A program made the translations under genes and the position numbers. Under the pieces are notes generated by a model. It was not told where the DNA came from. It saw nothing but the letters and a program-made list of their open reading frames with translations, and made no database searches. DNA of 63,805 nt, filler included, from Olpidium bornovanus S191 (taxonomy: Eukaryota; Fungi; Olpidiomycota), in assembly GCA_017911155.1 (NCBI GenBank). It is 30 parts of 30 records of this genome, joined end to end, with 100 filler letters (N's around TTAATTAATTAA, not from the genome) between each part and the next. Parts side by side here need not be neighbours in the genome. Positions count along the whole stretch, not along the records: positions 24,129 to 26,981 come from JAEFCI010002248.1; positions 27,082 to 29,281 come from JAEFCI010012654.1; positions 29,382 to 34,858 come from JAEFCI010007907.1; positions 34,959 to 38,866 come from JAEFCI010001513.1; 26 more parts are not named here. The stretch is one strand, 5' to 3'. How positions within the stretch are numbered: the first letter of the stretch is position 1; each line of letters starts with the position of its first letter. Shown here piece by piece: positions 24,029 through 36,032 of the stretch.

Positions 24029-24841
24029 NNNNNNNNNNNNNNNNNNNNNNNNNNNNNNNNNNNNNNNNNNNNTTAATTAATTAANNNNNNNNNNNNNNNN
24101 NNNNNNNNNNNNNNNNNNNNNNNNNNNNATTCAGCAAGCCTGCTTTTCGGCAACCGCGGGCCGGCTCCCGCGAATTTGGGAGATGCGTTTTGTCTGGAAC
24201 AGGCCCGCAGCGTCCGGATGTTGGCATAGCCCGGTATTCCCTTCCATGATGGTCCAGACTTACCTACGAAATACACTCCAGGTGTCAAAGGGCTCGTTTG
24301 TTATCACCGGACTGTGTGGGTTTTGTTTGCGGCGGCGCTCTTGGTTTTCATCTGCGCGACGTCATGGTTTAAGCCAGATTTCGCTGCAAAACACCACGCA
24401 GCCCACCGCCCCGCCCTGTCGGGGGTTTCGGAGCGCGAGAACGTGAACGCATGCAGACCGCGCCGGTAGCATGAGGAAAAGGAGGGCTGGCTGTGTTGGG
24501 TGCCGAAGGCGGAATGGATAGCCGCGCCGTGCCTGGTCTTGCATCACACTACGGCGATTCCATTGTATGAACGGCCGGGTTGTTTCGGAGCGGAAAAGAG
24601 AGAACCTGAGCGGGGCGTGCGACGCCGCCCCCCCCCGCCACACACACACGCACACCCAAATACCGTCCCCAAAACAAACCGACCGCGCGGGAAGCGGCGC
24701 CCGGAGAGGAGCAGAGATTACCTCCCCTCCGCACGAGGGCCCGCGGAAGGAAGGACGGCCGTCGGCAGATAAGGAAGAGAAAGCAGTCTGTCTTGCCAGC
24801 TTTGCTGCCTTCGCAATTGCCCAAGTCTGGGTTGGTTCAAA

Positions 24842-26799
24842 ATGGGAAGCGGACGCGGCTCCGGGGCGCCTGCCGCCTTCCCGAGAGCGAGAGATCTGAT
24901 ACGTGTGGTTGCCGAGAACCGCGAGGCTGCGGACGGTGGCCACCCTCCGCAAGAGCCTGAAGACGGGGCGCTCGAGGGCGCGGGTGACGGGCTTGCCGCT
25001 GACGCCGCGAGAAGCAAATCCGGCACCTTATGCAAAATGTAAAGGCGAGGTTGGACGTGCGTATTCGCCCCCCCCCCCCCGGCCTGCCGACCGCGATTCC
25101 CGTCGACCGCCCGAGAGGGACCGCGCGCGCAAAGCAGGCGTGCCGCGCTTCTACGATTTGCGCTTCTAACAACCCTCGGTCCTCCTCCTACCAGCTGCGG
25201 CCTCCAGTTTTCGCGCTACACCTGCCCGAGGTGCGGCTTGCCGTACTGCGCGCTGGCGTGCTACAAGGCTGAGGTGCGTCGCGCTCATCCCCCGGGCGAA
25301 GTTCGTTTGTATGACCAGTGCACACCTCGCCGTTCTGGGCTGACGTCGTGCATGAACGCGTCGCGAAACCTCTGCGTTTTCCCGCGCCGCTTCGCTTTCC
25401 TCGTATAAAAAGTCGCACGCAGGATGCACCGAGTCCTTCTACAAGGACGCCGTCATCGAGGAAATCCGAAACAGGCGGGTCCCTGATGAGGAGCGGACGC
25501 GGATGCTCCGCGTCTTGCGCGAATTTGAGGAAGCCAGCGCGGAAGATCCTGCTGCTGCGGACATTCTGGGTGCGCAGGCGGAATAGTGGAATACGCCGGT
25601 CCCAACCACGGACCTCGTCTGGGACGTGTTTGTGGAACGCCGTGGCTGCCGGTTTACCTTTTTCTCGCCGTTCCAGACGACGCCGCGTTGCCGTTGGAAG
25701 ACCGCTTCTCTGGCCTTGACCTCGACTCGGCAACTTTCGAGGAGCTCTGGTCGCGCCTGACGGAAGAAGAGAGGCGTGCTTTCGAGCGGGCCGTGCGCGA
25801 TAAAGAAACGTGCGCGTCACTCGTGCCCGCGTGGACGCCTTGGTGGGAGGCGGAGGCGGGTGAGGCCGGCGGGAGGTTCTTGGGCGGGGAGACCGACGCT
25901 GGCGAAGCGGAACGCAAGGCCTATCAAAAGGATGACGATGAGCGCTGGCTTCGCGTGAAGGACAGCATACCGAGTATCGCGTCGTTGACCAAGGACGGGA
26001 CAGTCCACCCGAACGTGCGGTTTTCGTTGGCGAATACTCTGTGAGTGGCGGTAATGGCGTGTGGCCAGTTTACCACGATGTGCGCCGACAAAGGATCCGG
26101 TGATATTTCTGTTTTATTTTGTTTTCTGAACATCCGGGTTGCGGTAAGTCTTGGTAAGTTGACTCCCGTCAAAATCTCGTGCTCTTTAATCCACAGAATG
26201 GCCTACGCCTACGCCTGCCGCAGAGTGTGCGGCGATTTCGAAGAGATGGCGGATGATGTGCGCGAATGCGTCCTAGAAGTGTACCAGCCCCTTGGATCTG
26301 ACTCGAGCGTCCCGCCCGAGAACGCGGCCGACGCCGTTGCGATGTTCCTCACAAGTGCCAGAGAGGTACGCGGAAATTTCGCGGAGCCTCACCCGATTTC
26401 TGCGCGTAATGGCTTCTGACGGCAAGATGAATTCACTACTTTTGTCAGTCCCGTCACCACTCACAGCCGCGCTCCGTGGCTCTCCGCTCCGTGGAGGACG
26501 CCGCGGTCATCCTGTCACACCCGCGGCGCGTCGTGGTCGCCTTGTCTCACCTGGAAGCCCAGTTCGCGGTTGCCCCTTCCGCGCGTCGCGTGAGGAACGC
26601 CCGAAGGCGACTCCTGTTCTTCCTGTCGTACGCGAGCCACTGCGCGCCGGCACAGCAGGTTGCTTTCGCGGCGCTCGCGAGCCAGCTCAACGCGGAGGCC
26701 GAGGAGCTGAAAGCGCAGGAAAGGGAGATGGAGAGGGATAGGGAAGCTGTGGACAGACGGCGGAAGTTCGGTGGGGAAAAGATGATCGAGGAATTCTGA
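24842..26799 (+). CDS. ZNHIT2: HIT zinc-finger protein ZNHIT2-like, apparently complete
   Basis: YTCPRCGLPYCALACYK, HAGCTESFYKDAVIEEI, GLDLDSATFEELWSRLTEEERRAF, VPAWTPWW and C-terminal KMIEEF*. Confidence 0.88.
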
Positions 26800-27841
26800 A
26801 AAACGGCGCCCTGGCGTTGTGCCGTGACGGATAATCAAAAAAAATCGGCGAAAAGCCGCTTCCTCTTCTTGTCCGGTTATGCAATAACGAGTCGCACGGC
26901 GTGTAGCGGGGGGGGGGGGGGGGGGGGGATGAACGATAAAGGTAAAAACACAAAGCACTCACCTGTTCTCGGGGGGTGAGCNNNNNNNNNNNNNNNNNNN
27001 NNNNNNNNNNNNNNNNNNNNNNNNNTTAATTAATTAANNNNNNNNNNNNNNNNNNNNNNNNNNNNNNNNNNNNNNNNNNNNGCATGAAGCCAACAGAAAA
27101 CCGTTTTTTTGACAGGCTTCGCGTGGGCGGTTTTCGCTAAAGTGCGGAGGATGAAAAGAGGCACGCGGCCTCCGACGAGTGGCTGCTGGGCAGGACTGCC
27201 GACGGGCCGGGTTTGCGTAGGTGTCGGGGTTTTTTTACCTGCACCCGAATGCCCGTGACTCCCAAGAGCTGACCCGCACCCGACCCGGACCTGTTTGTAA
27301 AATAGCCCGCGACCCATACCCGAACCGAACCCGTTTAGCATATCGGTGGCCGGTACCCGAGCCGGGAAAAAACCCAGAGGGGATTTACAGAAAACCGTGC
27401 TGCCAAAACTATGGATTTCTAGACTAGATGCCAGGCTTTTTCAGCTAGTCATGAGCACAAATAAGAACCTCGACGGTTTGGCACCCCGAAGGGGTGAGCC
27501 CTGAGCTGAGTGATGAGGGTGGTATACTCTTCTGGGACTTTTAAAATTCATGAGATCGGGCCCGCGACGTCATTTCGCCCGCGAAAAGAAAAAAAAAAAA
27601 TTCCGAGAAGGAACGCGCGGCCCCGGGCACCCACCACCCCACCAACCGCCCCCCTTCTTCCCCCTTCCGCCCCGCTCTCCTCCCGCACACACACCGGCAC
27701 GCGGCGCACGCCAACCGACAGTCCTCAAGAAAAACCCGCCCGACGGAACTCTGGGGAAACCTGCCGACGCCGCCCGCCCACCCCCAAGAGCCGAAGAAGA
27801 GCTGACGGCTCTTTTCTTCCGCCGGACATTAAAAAATAAAA

Positions 27842-29137
27842 ATGCCCCTGAGGCAGATAACGAACGTCAAGATACACTACTGGTGGGCAGACGATGGACA
27901 CGTTCGGCCGACGGGAGAGGGCCCGTTGGGGGTTTTTTTTTTTTTTTTTTTTTTTTTTTTGTTGTGCGAGGCGGACCGGGGAGGAAACGCGAAGAACGGC
28001 GAGCAGGACGGTTCGGGGGGCGCGTTTTTCTCGTTCGACTCTAACGGCATATTCCCCCCCTCCGCCTCGGACCTTCTTTTCCCATCCCCTCGTCCGACCA
28101 ACCGACCTTCTCCGGTAGGCCCTGGGACCGCAGGTCAGACGGAGCGCGGTACGTTTTGTTTCTTTTCCTTCTTACTTTTTGTTTCGCCTCCCCGGACTGC
28201 CCTTGAGGGATTTACGGGTGTCCGGAAAACGTCCCGGGGAAGGGGAGCTGGGTGAGAAGGTTTGGTGCGGGCGGACGCGGTTGCCCCAGACGGTTCCAGG
28301 TCGGCGCACAGCACGTGGAACCGGCGAACGGCGCGCGGAGCACCCCCCCCCCCAACCCCTTCCCCCCAAAATGTCTATCGGGACGAAGCCGTTTTGCGAG
28401 CCGGTAGGGAGGTCGGGGGTGGTGGGCGGGGGGGGGGATCTAGCGTTTGGGGGGGTTCTCCCCGGAGTCTGTTTTCTTCTTTTTTTTTTCTTTTCTTTTT
28501 TTTTTTACTTCTGAGCGGCAGTTATTCCGCCAGCTCCAACAAAGCCCCGCCAACCGCGCCGAAGGCGCGGAAGCAGGGGTCCCCGGGGAAGCACGGTAAT
28601 CAACTGTCTTTTACCTACTTGCTCACTACCTCGCGGAAAATTGGTGCTGTCCGTTATTTTTTGTCCTTCCCGCCCGCAGGCTGCTCTACGATTACCTCAT
28701 GGCGCCGAAGCGTCGGGTGCAGAACCTCAAGTGCACGTTCGAGTTTAGGCAAAACACCTCCGAGAACGACGAGCGGTTGGCTGTCGTCACGTTCAGTACG
28801 TTGCGAACTTGACTATTTTCTGGTTCTTTTTTTTTCATTTTCTGCAGGAAGCGCGGCGTTCCCGAAATTACACCATCCCCACCACACACACACGCACGCA
28901 CACACACACGCACGCACACACGCAAACACACACACACTCCTCGGTCAGAGCCCGCTTACCGCGATCCTTTTCTTTCTTTTTCTTTTCGGCCGCCTTGCCC
29001 GCGCCTGCTATCCGGGAACAGGTGACGGGAAATATATGTCGTTCGAACCAAGTACGAAATCCATCGCCATGTTGGCGGCGATAAAGCGATACGCGGCGCT
29101 TCTGCAGACCGAGGCTGAGATGAAACTTGGAGGCTGA
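27842..29137 (+). CDS. MRPL44: Mitochondrial ribosomal protein mL53 (yeast MRPL44-like)
   Basis: Spliced ~100-aa product MPLRQITNVKIHYWW...LLYDYLMAPKRRVQNLKCTFEF...AVVTFSDGKYMSFEP...RYAALLQTEAEMKLGG*, matching the mL53 layout. First donor site uncertain. Confidence 0.65.
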
Positions 29138-29526
29138 CACAACCCCAGGGATGACGTATACATGTATGGCCAGGATCCTGCCAAATCGAAAAACGAACTG
29201 TCCGGTACAGTAACGGCGCGAGGATGGAGTTTGAGAGAGTTTTAACTGACGGGGGAACGGCGACATTGCCCAGGTTTCCGCNNNNNNNNNNNNNNNNNNN
29301 NNNNNNNNNNNNNNNNNNNNNNNNNTTAATTAATTAANNNNNNNNNNNNNNNNNNNNNNNNNNNNNNNNNNNNNNNNNNNNCATGCCGGAATCGAGGGAC
29401 TTCGTGAAGAGGGGCGGGATCCTGACGAAGAGGGACCAGAACCGACCTAGGATATTGGTGTTTAGTTACATCGAGAGGATGAACGGCGACGCGGAAGACA
29501 CCACTACTTGTGGAAACCCTTGTTCG

Positions 29527-29838
29527 GGCAGTGAAGCGCCAGAGAGCGTGACTTCATAGAGTATTCCGGGGCGCCCTGAATTTAGAATGCCTGCAATTTG
29601 CTTACTCGATGCCGGGGAATCACCAGGCAAGTCGTGCAGGTGTGCATGGTGGCTCTGTACGGCCCCGTCTCCAGTGTCAATGGCAGTGAAGCGCCGGAGA
29701 GCGTGACTTCATAGAGTATTCCGGAGCGCCCTGAGTTTAGAATGCGTGCAATTTGCTTACTCGATGCCGGGGAATTACCAGGCAAGTCGTGCGGGTGTGC
29801 ATGGTGGCTCTGTACGGCCCCGTCTCCAGTGTCAATGG
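29527..29838. repeat. Tandem duplication, 155-bp unit x2, highly similar
   Basis: GGCAGTGAAGCGCC...CCAGTGTCAATGG at 29527 and 29682, differing by only a few substitutions. Confidence 0.93.
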
Positions 29839-31222
29839 AGCCGGCGAGTGCGCCTTCCGAGGGTCCCAATAAACGAAGCTGAACCGCAGCAGTTCCGCCT
29901 ACAACCCCGTACCGCTGGATTTGAGGGCAATAGAAGAGCTGGAATTCCTCAGCGAGTGCCCTGTGTTCGGACGTCAGTTAAAAGGGAAGAGTTGTCTTTT
30001 GTTAAGCTGCGTTCGAAGTCGAGCTACGGAGGGGAAGGGACGCTATTTATGCCCGTCGATGTCCAGCGGAGGGCAGGTCGACGGCCAAGCCGTCCTTCGA
30101 CGTCGCGTCTGTCGACGCGGTGGGCCCACAAACCTATCGCGTTCTTTTCTCTTGCATTGTGTGAATTTTGTGAGTTTCGGGAAAAAAAATATGAAGAGGG
30201 AAAGTGGAATGTCACTGTCGTGAAATCTGTGGTCACGTGACTGATTTATCCTCCGTGACATGGCCCTGCTGGTCGGGCAGGAGTGCCGTTGACAGCGGTA
30301 AAAAAAAAAAAAAAAAAAAAAAAGGAAAATAAAAAAGGCACGCCGTGGGGTTTATATTTTTAAACACCAGGGGGTTTCTTTTTTAGAATCCTTTTTTTTT
30401 TCTTGACTAGAGAGTCGGGGGAATTAGTTTGTCTTTGCGGACGCGAGTTTCGAGAAGTCAAACCCGGGAGGCGCGTTCGAAACGAGAGAGTGATCCCAGG
30501 ATTATTTTTTTATGGCCTTATCTAAAGAGTCGCGGGTTCCGCTACGGGCCCCTTCCCCCCCGTCACGTCATAATGCCGTTCTAGGGTATTCCCGTTTATA
30601 AAAAGATCTCCCGCAGTGGTCGGCTCCGATCCGGATCAAAGCTTTGACACAATGCCAGTAGTGCTGTCCCTGCAATACCGGATCCCCGGCCACTATCCGC
30701 ACCTGGTAAATAGGTGGAGGCGCGTCCGCTGGAGTCGCTTGATCGACCTTTGAAACGCCTCTCGTTGGGAAGATCTTCTCCTGACCAAAAAGCGACGAGC
30801 AGTGACCCCGTCGGGATTCGGTGTGAACGTCCAGGAAAGCGAACGGTGTGCCATAAAAATAAAAAAATGCACGCTGCCATCGGATTTCTTTTTTCGAGGC
30901 GGCCGAAGAAGAGTTTCTGTGTCGTTTTTGGCGTGCCCCCCCCCCCCCACCGGCGTTCCGTCTTCTTGTGGCCCCGGGTGATCAGACATGAGCATTTCGG
31001 AATCATCGTCCCGCTCAAACTGAAACTGGTCGCACAGAGGCAGTTCTTTCGCGTAATGCCTGTTCGCTTTCTTTTAGCTTTCAAACTGCGTGTTCAAGGA
31101 GGAGACAAATTCGGGAGGTGCATTCTCCGGAGAATGCTCGTCCTTTTGAAAAAGAAAGAGTTGAAGTTTTTCTTGCCACGCATGTGTCTTGTCCAGCATG
31201 TTCTACTTGAACGTTTCATCGT

Positions 31223-31265
31223 TCAGGGTTTAGGTTAGGGTTAGGGTCAATCTAGCCCTAGCCCT
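31223..31265. repeat. Short interstitial telomere-like repeat with an inverted variant
   Basis: TCAGGG T TTAGG TTAGGG TTAGGG, then TCAATCTAG, then CCCTAGCCCT. Confidence 0.6.
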
Positions 31266-31499
31266 TCCGCGGGCATGACTCGTTTTTCTTTGTTTTTGTT
31301 CCCGACCGCTAGTTTGCGCGTGTTCCGTTCTCTAATCTCTGTTTCTTCCGATCCCCGGCTACCTTCGACGCGGCTGCCACGGTTGCTTGAGCGAAGGGCG
31401 GTTGTTACGAAAGAGCAATAGACGCCGCGTGATCGGCCGATACCCGACCGCCTTTTGATACACCGCGTCCCCGCACCCCGTCGAAATACACGCTCTCGT

Positions 31500-32125
31500 C
31501 CGCTTCTTTCGCAACACGACAAGTATTTTTTTCTTTTTCGCGTCCCAAATGACGACTTTTCCCCCGAAAGCGTGAGCCCCGCCCCTTTCAAGGCTCGTAC
31601 GAGCCCTGTCAACGTCCTTAATGTGATCTGCAACAAAAACGTTTCGAACTCCTGTTTTCTTGTCTATCGACTAATCACACTCTTCGACACTATTCGAGGT
31701 CCCTTCGTCGGCAAATCGTCGATAAAAGGAATTGTTATTTGTGGAATCTGGTCCCGGTGAACGTCGTCGGCAGCTGCGACTACATGTCCAACAGCGTTTG
31801 GTTCCCCCCATGGGTACGGTCGTCATCCTTTAACAGGCCCAACAGTGTCTGAAGAACTGTCAGGTCTCGACTAGCCCGTTCTAACTAAGACTGATCATAC
31901 CCCCAAAAATAAATTTCCCGTGCGATAAATCCCTACTCCGGCAAACTCCTCGACGTAATCTCCAAGCGCGGGCGGAGATTCCGGAATGTCAAACGGTAAC
32001 CCGATTGGCCGGCTGGCTGCAAGTCCTGAATAGACCGGAATCCCCGTTCTTTTTTTTTTTTTTTTTTTTTTGGAACCGTGAACCAACAACAATTTGCGTA
32101 GGGTCCGCTCCTTGGTTCACATGCT
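31500..32125 (-). pseudogene. Frameshifted Ty3/gypsy reverse transcriptase remnant
   Basis: Across shifting frames: EPRSGPYAN..WFTVPKK(NG), IQDLQPA, PPALGDYVEEFAGVGIY, GYDQ, SRDLT, QTLLGLL, MTTVPMGGT, IPQITIPFIDDLPTKGP (FIDD at 31715-31726), GVRNVFVADHIKDV, AGLTLSGEKSSFG, ILVV. Confidence 0.85.
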
Positions 32126-33933
32126 ATCCGGACGGCAAGGCGGGAGGGGAGTTTGCCGAAGGGGGCGGATTATCTGCCGTAAGAATTGCCGCGGCGGGCA
32201 AGCGATTCGGCGAGAGAGGGGATGAATGAAGGCGGTGGTTGGGCCTGAGCGGCCAATGGGAAGGGCCGACTGCAGATAGATGAACACAACCGCGAGGTTG
32301 AACAGACCTGTCCGCGCGTCCGGATGGAGGCCTGCGTTTTATAGACCGTGCTCCCTGAAGGCTATGATTAACCTTCTTCCCCCCCCCCCAACCAGCGCGC
32401 TTTTGTACTTTAGTTTCTGCAAATAAGATTGCGCCAGAATTTAGTTTAGCTGTGGACAAAACATTTAAGAAGATTGGTAATGAAATAAGCTTTAAGTTTA
32501 TTGGTATTCGTTTAGACATAACTACAGGATTTATATCGATAGACTCGGGGTTGGAACAAGGAAAGCCGGCAAGGCTCATAACGCGACGACGGACCGGGGC
32601 CAATCATTCCCCGAGGCCGAGGCCAACGGGAAGAAAGGGAGAGAGTCAGAGAGAGAGAAAAAAAGAGGAGAAAGGAGACGAACGACACCTGGGCGGTCCC
32701 CGAGCCCTGGAACTCTGAATTTCAGACCACCCCGAAGGGCAAGATCTTCGCGAGCAAGATTGTAAGAGACTGGCGTTTGTCGGAAGCTAAGTCCCACAAT
32801 CGTCACGTTAACCTGCATCGATTCGTTTGTTCGCGCTCTCGCCCCAGTGCTTTGAACACTGGTTAGTGCTGACAGGGCACTTCTGTCGATTCACCGCCGG
32901 CTTCCTGGGGATCAGGGCCGTTCGCACGAAGAAGGGCTTTCGGCTGGGGTTTGGATTCACAAGCGCCTTTTGACGTTCATCTACCGATGACGGTCCGGCT
33001 GTGGGAATGCTGCCCATTGATGACGCCCCCAATGCACCATTGTGCTCTTTTTCATTTTCACAACCTCCAGGACCAACGTCGCAGTCCTGTCTCCGTCGCC
33101 GGCCTTGGTCAGCGCTGCACTTTTGGGCTGATTACCTGCTGCTTCGCTGATCTTCCCAACGCAAGGCCTATCGGGAGTGCTTTATCGATTGCTCTGAATT
33201 TCGTTGCGCGTCGCCAGCTGGCCGCCTCTGCAGTCACCTGCTGGACCGATTCGTGAACCGGTGGCCAACGGGAAGTTGTGTCTTGGTAGGCCTTGTGGAC
33301 CTTCCCAGTCGTGTGCGCCGGCCACTGTCCGCTGCGTCACCGGAAACTATTGCGGTTTTACGCCTCCATATCAATCGCTGGCCGCTTCGCCCTTGGTCGT
33401 CTGCCGTTCTAATTATTCCTCGATTGACCGTTTCGAACCTTGGGCTCTTTCGCGTCCGCTCGCCCGCTCACCGCACCTTTGCTTTTTGTTCGCGCCGATT
33501 ATTTCCGCGCTATCGATCCGCCTTGTAGCTCGCCTTGCCTTGGGGTTCTCCCCACAAGCTGGTACGCTTCTCCCTCCCGGGCAAGAAGAGGAGAACAGGC
33601 TGGGTTTTTGGTGCGGATAGTTTCCCTCTAGTAGTGCACTCGTCGATCGTGCCGGACACGCTTCTTCCGCGCACGGAGGGATTGCAGTGAACGCCCTCCA
33701 TCGATACCACGCGGGTCCCCATCGCATCGATACCACGCCGGACCTATCGTTGCCGCCCTGTCGCGGCTGCCCAGTCAAACCTCTTTTCTGCAAACCGCCA
33801 AACCAATCCGCGCGACGTCATGGTTGCGAGGCGCCGCTGCGCTGCTGCCTGCGCTGCGGCATCTGTCACGCGGCGTCATCGTTCGCCAAGACAAGCAGCC
33901 GTTGGCCGCTGCGCTTCGCCTGCGCTGCGGCAT

Positions 33934-34384
33934 CTGTCACGTGACGTCATCAGGGCTCAAAAGGGCCGGAGTGTCTAGTCGCCCAGTCACGGTGACTAAT
34001 CCAGATTAAGAGATTGAGACCTAGACATAGACCCAGTGTGCGTAGTCGAACCGCCTACCTGGTGTCCCAAACACCAAACGCGGTAGCGCCGCCCTCGGCG
34101 AATGGTCCCCTTTGGGACATTATCCGAGCCGAAAGCCCAGTACCAGGCCCAACGCTCTGACGCACGCCACCCCGCGTCCACGTACACCCACTCCCTTCTA
34201 GAGCCGCACTAATGCGCAACCGCGCCTCGGCGCGCCCGCGCACGTATAAAAGGCGCGCGATCAGCGCGCGTCCCGTAAATCTCCACGGACAAATCCAGAC
34301 CCAGACCCAGATTCAGAGCTAAAACTCGTGAACACGAACCTCCAGATAGCGCAGAGCGGCAGATTGCGTACTTCACTTGTTACA
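33934..34384 (-). mobile_element. Possible LTR (~450 bp)
   Basis: Minus strand starts TGTAACA right after purine-rich GGTGAGGGAGGCGG (PPT-like) and ends GTGACA. Internal TATAAAA and GACCCA repeats. No matching TSD seen. Confidence 0.35.
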
Positions 34385-35591
34385 CCGCCTCCCTCACCGA
34401 TGCCATTCAGGTCCCCGCCAATTCCACGTGGGCATGTGACCGATCAATTACCATATAAAACTCTTCAGGGGACGTCTATAATAAACACAACGCTCCTCCG
34501 GCTCGCACCCAAACGTTAGTGTTAGAGTCGCCATGGCTGCCACATCCGCCGAGATTACTGCCACCTCTGCCTTCCGCGGTTGTTGCTTCTTCTTGTCTTG
34601 TGGTTTCAAATCGGCATGCTTTGCATCAGCATCATGATTGGTAGTGTTTCTGTTGGCCTTGTTCGCAAATGACAATCTTCTGCCGCCATCGCCCTTTGGT
34701 TTACGCTTGTCGTCGGCCGGTTGGATGCGCTGAGCGCACCGTATTACTGTATTGAGTTCAGTATGTATAATAAGCATGGGTTATACCAAAACATGCGTCC
34801 TGAGAGATGACGACGTGGATTCGTCGTGTTTGGTGAGGCTATAAATGTAGATATCAGGNNNNNNNNNNNNNNNNNNNNNNNNNNNNNNNNNNNNNNNNNN
34901 NNTTAATTAATTAANNNNNNNNNNNNNNNNNNNNNNNNNNNNNNNNNNNNNNNNNNNNCATGACGTCACGACATTCCAATAATGGCGGTGAGCCTTGGAT
35001 CCACGTAATCGCAAATCGTTCCATTGTGCAGCATCCAGAATGTAATCACAACGGCGGCGCGGATTATTTGTTGCACATTGTTGCCCAGCCAGCATTGAAC
35101 AATCTTGCATTGGCGGAACTGCAGACTTGGTAAATCACGATCGAATGCGACCTAATCATCCTGCGTACAACGTTATTATTTTCAAGCCTTCATTATGGGT
35201 GAGCGAGCGGGGAGGGAATGGAGGCTGGTTTGTTGACTATCCGCATCCGAATCCGTATGGTTTGCAGGCTGCACTCGGGATGCTCATTTGGCCGAGGAGG
35301 AGTGTTGCGGACGGTTCAGTCCGGCCATGTTTCTCCCTTTCAAAACGAAAACAGGAAATGACAATCCGAAGGTGATTTTTTTTTTTATCGCCTTCTTCTT
35401 TTCGTCGGGGTGGGGGGCGGGAGGAAGAGGCGGAGAGGGCCGGTTTGGTCTTCCGCCGGTGCGCATTTCTCCCGCGGCGGAGAACGAGAAAACGAGAGAG
35501 AGAGAGAGAGAGAGACCGCCACTTCACTTCCCGTCGAGCCCGCCCCGTTCCGCCGCCGCCGCAGACACGCCCAGGTGAGAGAAAGCGAGAG

Positions 35592-35655
<64 letters not shown>

Positions 35656-36032
35656 GGAGAGAGAAACGCTTTGTCGCCGCCCAGTTCGGAGTCTCTAAAT
35701 GAGCGGGGACGGGAAGGGGCGGGCGGACGGGCGGGAATTGTTCGGCTGATAACCGACTCCACCACCGTCCCCCAGCTGACACGCCGGCTCGTTTGCTTCG
35801 CGAACCGCGCAGCGGAGTGTTTTTGGAGAGTTCCCGCCACGCTCGCCCGCTGTCGAACGCTTGCTGAGGAAAAGGCCCTGCCTCGCAACACCGAAAGAAG
35901 GGTTGCGCGCGGACTGGAAGTGTGTGTGCTTCGGAACCGCTCCCCGGTACCCCGACGAAAGCTTCCTCGTTCGTGAGCCACGAAAGGGAGGGGCAGCGGG
36001 TGGGGAGTGGGGGAAGAAGCCCTGCAAAAAGG

